Assembly (NCBI GenBank): GCA_038207335.1
Contig: JBBQZX010000016.1
Coordinates: forward strand, 32,001-96,000
Origin: Chthoniobacterales bacterium
GTDB taxonomy: Bacteria > Verrucomicrobiota > Verrucomicrobiia > Chthoniobacterales > Chthoniobacteraceae
Direction: 5' to 3'
DNA: 64,000 nt
The position numbers and the translations under genes were made by a program. Below the pieces are notes generated by a model. It did no database searches. It worked only from the letters and a program-made list of their open reading frames with translations, and was not told the DNA's origin. Each line of letters begins with the position of its first letter. Position 1 is the stretch's first letter. This document shows, piece after piece, positions 61,901-64,000 of the stretch.

Positions 61901-62270
61901 CAACAAAGGGATCCGCCAGCCGCGGGAAGTTCTTCAGCGCCAGCGCATCGTAGGCGCCGTCCGACGCCAGATTCGCGTCGGGCTGGAAAGTGAGCACGTC
62001 CCAGTCGCCATTCACCGGCGGCGCCGGGTCGGAGAGATTGCGATACAGGCTCGGCGGGAAGAAGACATCGAAGCCGATATTCTCCTGAAAAATGCCGCCC
62101 GGATCGCTGACCAGATACCGGTATTCCCAAAGATCGCCGCCCGGCCCAAAGGAATCGTCGATGTCGCGCGCCTCGTACTGGATGCTGGCGGACTGAGCCC
62201 ATCCGTGCGGCACCAGCGAAAGCAGCATGGAACAAACAAGGCGAAACAAGTGGACCGAGTGCGTTTTCAT
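55932..62270 (-). CDS. 2112-aa secreted protein: N-terminal domain, internal PEP-CTERM, second signal peptide, Ig/IPT-like, ZU5-like, Gly-rich, TSP3-like repeats, two propellers
   Basis: MKTHSVHLFRLVCSMLLSLVPHGWA|Q; VPEPTTATMLLAGAGLLALRRRRR-FLAVLLAGGLLAPSGAFA|Q; IPPGAL...FGPDGLTFTAPVSVTIP...ITHFT; DTDGDGLxD-type x4; seven FG-GAP blades at the C-terminus. Confidence 0.9.
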   Translation of the reverse strand: MKTHSVHLFRLVCSMLLSLVPHGWAQSASIQYEARDIDDSFGPGGDLWEYRYLVSDPGGIFQENIGFDVFFPPSLYRNLSDPAPPVNGDWDVLTFQPDANLASDGAYDALALKNFPRLADPFVVRFIWLGGASAIPRAQSFEVNQFDAGGNFIQTLQTGMTVPEPTTATMLLAGAGLLALRRRRRFLAVLLAGGLLAPSGAFAQASVPELTLDSIVQVREERITRTLYEYEYRARVKNSGTRRFQNVAATVTTNAAAITLSDAGVSFGDVLVKGVAQSTDTFTFRFDRRVPFDPTALQFTFAGTAVAPVAPVLSNLVAPATLVRGTAGVVTFDFADADGDISVLKFTRQDALGSSAEDLAASLAHISGASGRATLPLDSASLPFGPVELSLTLRDGQDVASQTVSFTVNITGPANTGVAPSVVAFAPEVASYDRPVRVMDRVRPRLSLEVADADDDLELLRVRFTEPGGSARLSEFPADEFLPTATGTRTGSVKLDFRSDSALGNYTIEVTPFDRNGHAGAPTTTTVQLTSFGGARSRFYVNAPNPGSGSPGDQIDLSGFGFSTTPGAETVFELGEIPCEIVSLDAFQARVIVPVGSRTGAFTATQPDGSRAVSPQNFTVVEHVVIAPDAEEMPAVSVGGTVSFSARVGTAQVDRSVAWRVNGVPGGSAALGTISPAGIYTAPAIPPAGAVQITAALTASPAVVSVATPVAVLPPVATPGEVPVLAAFGATVPAADFRSSVTIPPGALAANATITARTLGSAELPDAGPGRRTLGAAQFGPDGLTFTAPVSVTIPLTVSRLPGTALRLRFLQANGTFVDEGITALVNATGDGAVASITHFTTPTVDEAAAANPPGIAPTITSIEPTEIEENALQPLRLTGSDLTGDLRVEMRNPDGSLAGGMRPGTLVAAGDRAGFVLDTDAIRDLGESQTRVYRVRLVRAHDDALFAEIPLTVRGLPELEVSAGEHLDLTEPAPMRLSTLTLGRDARVRILSGVFNATVLGETRIYGTIDASGERGANAIQQAGGLRSRDGGAGGDGVPSSASYGQNGNDPVGVSEPFQLPPPRRIDNQTRSARGIGGAPGEDASFDPVSLVAAIVECIGTLGVACPEAVRQLIEQGQSALNVADGSTNGRRGLGAPALSTFLTTGGGGGGGGGELSVSVFILGGMNLYGGGGGAGGSGGAGVLLTTARSITGSGAFDSAAPVVDARGGDGGDGSSKSSIHVRALFFEVYSEGNVDAFWGGGGGGGRTGLVTVNAAQGVLLDSTDRLRIGGGHGGRGGVTVIDAVNSRNQESYEDSTASDAEGYRGARVIRTPIFSPLAFAPRVVGRSVVNLRSERTLDKGPLRFTVYGEGGKELTVVARFDEPTQRYEANVVLFQGFNTVTDPGLLQGNPVTAQRLLMLGIDTDGDGLTDEDEADFGTDPALADTDGDGLSDGQELAFGSDPLFADGDSDGLSDGAELAANTDPTKSDTDGDGFTDSAEVFLGSNPLRAQSVPTSIPPGTLFASSAAGSGSFLTLLNPADGRNQGLLGRPNAGLGFGLAFDEISTLYIANLTGLSEYDPLAMTARPIGSFGNDGGAPIRCTSLAYNPADHRLYGIEIGPAPDFANTAQLLRIDPFTGAATRIGAPGAYAIHALVFTRDGTLFTTADGSVNSDRFIELDPATGALIRVIGMTNAAPIYGLAITRQDVIFAAQPLPNNSSRIHTIDPLTGVAMLTTSVPRNVFDLAIKPPPAPAFTLPPVASASSNPNEFDYRFATGDLDGDGKLDAVVLSSNYFPHYVSIRRGDNTGAFIETTRFQLPGFSSDIGESVALGDLNGDGRLDILIDNPENSFPGPRGLALLLANVSAPGEFDAPVSIGTSAGLGGGLTLANVNPLDDAFLDIISGGTADHTFVTLGDGQGGFGTPMDFDAANRINGLTADMNGDGFPDLLLTSVDAPQGMSAFSIRLGDGHGTFAPEVVHVVPVEYFDRIATGDFDGDGRLDVALLSLRLLPSGDFQSELILMRQDPTGAFAASSTVVFPGFNDNVLAVGDLTGDGLADAAVVTRTPDSDQGILMVFAGRPDGTLRAGSSTLLQSGAYDLHIADANGDGRPDIIISETGNGTGTRTYLVEPSF
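55940..57050 (-). repeat. Seven FG-GAP/VCBS repeats (C-terminal propeller)
   Basis: DLDGDGKLD, DLNGDGRLD, NVNPLDDAFLD, DMNGDGFPD, DFDGDGRLD, DLTGDGLAD, DANGDGRPD. Confidence 0.85.
57810..58065 (-). repeat. Four 22-aa bacterial TSP3-like Ca-binding repeats
   Basis: DTDGDGLTDEDEADFGTDP / DTDGDGLSDGQELAFGSDP / DGDSDGLSDGAELAANTDP / DTDGDGFTDSAEVFLGSNP. Confidence 0.85.
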
Positions 62271-62452
62271 AAGACTACCAAGGGTAAGCCGCCGGGCCGT
62301 AAAGCTGACGGCCTTAGCACCATAGTGACCGCGCTGCCGACCGCCCATCAAACTAAAGTCACAAAATAGCGCCGGCTTTTCGTCGGGCGACGCAGGCTTG
62401 AACTGCCGCCGACGGGGTTGCTCTTTTTGCAAAAGCTCCACACTCTCCGCTC

Positions 62453-63616
62453 ATGGCCAAGCCGCTCCGCAAATCGCCCGGCGTCCTCAACCGCGCACTG
62501 GAAAAGCCGCTCGTCGCGTTGCAAGCGGCGATCACCGGCGACGCGGTCATCAAGGCTCTCTTCGCCCTGCTTCAGCGTGCGGTTCCGTGCGATTTCGCCG
62601 GCGCTTTTCTCCGGCACGAAGATCACGCCTATGGCTCGGTTCCGTTCCGTTTCATGGATTCCCGGGGACGCGACTTCGGGCCGCAGCTCGCGGATGGCGT
62701 CTTCTTCCGTGAACACCCCGCGATGCCTGTGCTGCTGGCGAATCCCGGCATCCGCTTCATTAATACCCGCGAGACGCTGCCGCCGGATGAGATCCTCCAT
62801 GCTTCGCGATTTTACCGGGAAGTGATGCAGGTCATCGGCTTCCGCCATGCCATCGGGATGTATTTCTGGGACGACCCGCCTCGGATGCCGGAGGCGGTTC
62901 TCTCGGTTAGTCGCGGCGAGGGCCAGCCGGACTTCACCGATGAAGAGGTCTCGATCCTCGACCGCCTCTACCCACACATCGACGCCGCCCTCCGCCGAAT
63001 CCGCGCGATCGAAAGGGAACGCGCCGTGCGGAGCGAACTCCACAGCCTTATCGACCCGGCGCGCGCGGCCTGTCTGCTTCATTGGGACCTCACCGTGGCC
63101 GATGCGAATCGCGCCGCGCGCGAGCTGTGTGCCCGGTGGCATCTCGGCGAGGCCAGCGCCCACCTGAAGACGCCGCGCTTTGTGCTCCCCGAGCCCCTGC
63201 GCGAGGCATGCGTGGGCCTGAAAAAACGCTGGCAAGCTTCCCTCCGCGAAAGTCCCGCGACGGGCACCGCCGAGCGTCTCACCGTGCCGCACCCCGAGTG
63301 CCCCGCCCTTTTTGCGAAGGTTACATTGCACGTCCAGCACATCGATCCGCTGGGCAAGCCGGTCTTCCTCATCGAGTTCGAGCCGCCGAAAAACGACGCC
63401 GCCCCGCCGCGCCGATTGAACGGCAAAATGAAACTCGCCGCATTCACCCTCGCCGACCGCGAGCTGATCCGGCTCGTGCGGGAAGGACACAGCAACCAGG
63501 AAATCGCCACCGCGACCGGCCGCGCGCTCGGAAGCGTAAAGAACGCCCTGCACGCGATTTTCGAGAAGGTCGGCATTCGCAGCCGAGCCGCGCTCATCGC
63601 GAAAGTGGGCGACTGA
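62453..63616 (+). CDS. LuxR-family HTH regulator with N-terminal GAF-like sensor (387 aa)
   Basis: C-terminal FTLADRELIRLVREGHSNQEIATATGRALGSVKNALHAIFEKVGIRSRAAL; N-terminal SRFYREVM...RHAIGM...SRGEGQPDFTDEE...LYPHI. Confidence 0.9.
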   Translation: MAKPLRKSPGVLNRALEKPLVALQAAITGDAVIKALFALLQRAVPCDFAGAFLRHEDHAYGSVPFRFMDSRGRDFGPQLADGVFFREHPAMPVLLANPGIRFINTRETLPPDEILHASRFYREVMQVIGFRHAIGMYFWDDPPRMPEAVLSVSRGEGQPDFTDEEVSILDRLYPHIDAALRRIRAIERERAVRSELHSLIDPARAACLLHWDLTVADANRAARELCARWHLGEASAHLKTPRFVLPEPLREACVGLKKRWQASLRESPATGTAERLTVPHPECPALFAKVTLHVQHIDPLGKPVFLIEFEPPKNDAAPPRRLNGKMKLAAFTLADRELIRLVREGHSNQEIATATGRALGSVKNALHAIFEKVGIRSRAALIAKVGD

Positions 63617-63873
63617 TTTAGAAAAGCCCTCGTCTGCGTCCCCCACCGCTGCCCTGTAGGCACCTTCTTGCCCCATGTCGGCGGCAGTTTGGGTGGCGTC
63701 GGCGTCAGTTTGTCCCACGTCGGTCGGCGACATCCTACAAAGTGCCGCCTACGGCCGACACAATGGAGAAGATGCCGATGAGCGAATGCGGAGGCGACGG
63801 CGCGCTTCGCTCCAGCTCGGCTGTGGAGGGCACTGCGCTGTCGGTGCCGGGGGCGGAGTGGCGGCGGGGCGGC

Positions 63874-64000
63874 TCAAGCGATTTCTTCGCCGGAGAAGGA
63901 GAGGGCTTCGCCGAGCCATTGGTCGGCTCCCATGACGGCTTTGCGTTGCTTGAAGGCGAGGCTTTGCGCGTTTTGCTGGGCGTGCCGGAATGCCATGTGG
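63874..64000 (-). CDS. 3' end of a gene entering from the right, possibly a short SecA-like ATPase
   Basis: HMAFRHAQQNAQSLAFKQRKAVMGADQWLGEALSFSGEEIA* (TGA at 63874-63876). Resembles recalled C-termini of short SecA paralogs (AQxxAE...R..L...D.WL...L.F.G); only 41 aa visible. Confidence 0.45.
   Translation of the reverse strand, partial: HMAFRHAQQNAQSLAFKQRKAVMGADQWLGEALSFSGEEIA

Noticed and set aside
62411..62434. Sigma54 promoter before the LuxR gene
   Set aside because: GG-to-GC spacing is 11 rather than 10 nt and there is no TGGCAC.
62271..62441. 57-aa N-terminal extension of the 2169-aa ORF
   Set aside because: Spans the divergent intergenic region; the signal peptide begins at ATG 62270.
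62348..63733. 461-aa minus-strand ORF
   Set aside because: Shadow of the LuxR regulator.

Overview
High-GC bacterial DNA, probably Verrucomicrobia or another PVC lineage (inferred from PEP-CTERM, LEPRxLL, PQQ-like propellers and a Verrucomicrobia-type C-terminal domain). Two thirds of the window (1..42818, minus strand) is one uninterrupted reading frame of at least 14,272 codons. It runs off the left edge, so the ORF track omits it and shows only antisense and off-frame ORFs there. The protein has an N-terminal LEPRxLL motif, an LCAT-like alpha/beta-hydrolase with a candidate Ser-Asp-His triad, about 49 copies of a ~125-aa beta-rich repeat with a higher-order period, nested inserted domains (FG-GAP propeller, flagellar-cap-like modules) and 9 Ig-like repeats. 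The right third encodes a beta-helix protein, a stress pair (glycine-zipper protein, YciF/DUF892), two PQQ-like propellers, a GT-like gene with a decayed partial duplicate, a zincin-ricin-LamG protein, an LprI-domain protein, a 2112-aa protein with an internal PEP-CTERM directly followed by a second signal peptide, a LuxR-type regulator and the 3' end of a possible short SecA-like ATPase. No rRNA, tRNA, CRISPR array or transposase was recognised. Domain calls come from hand translation and motif recall, not database searches; internal domain boundaries are approximate.
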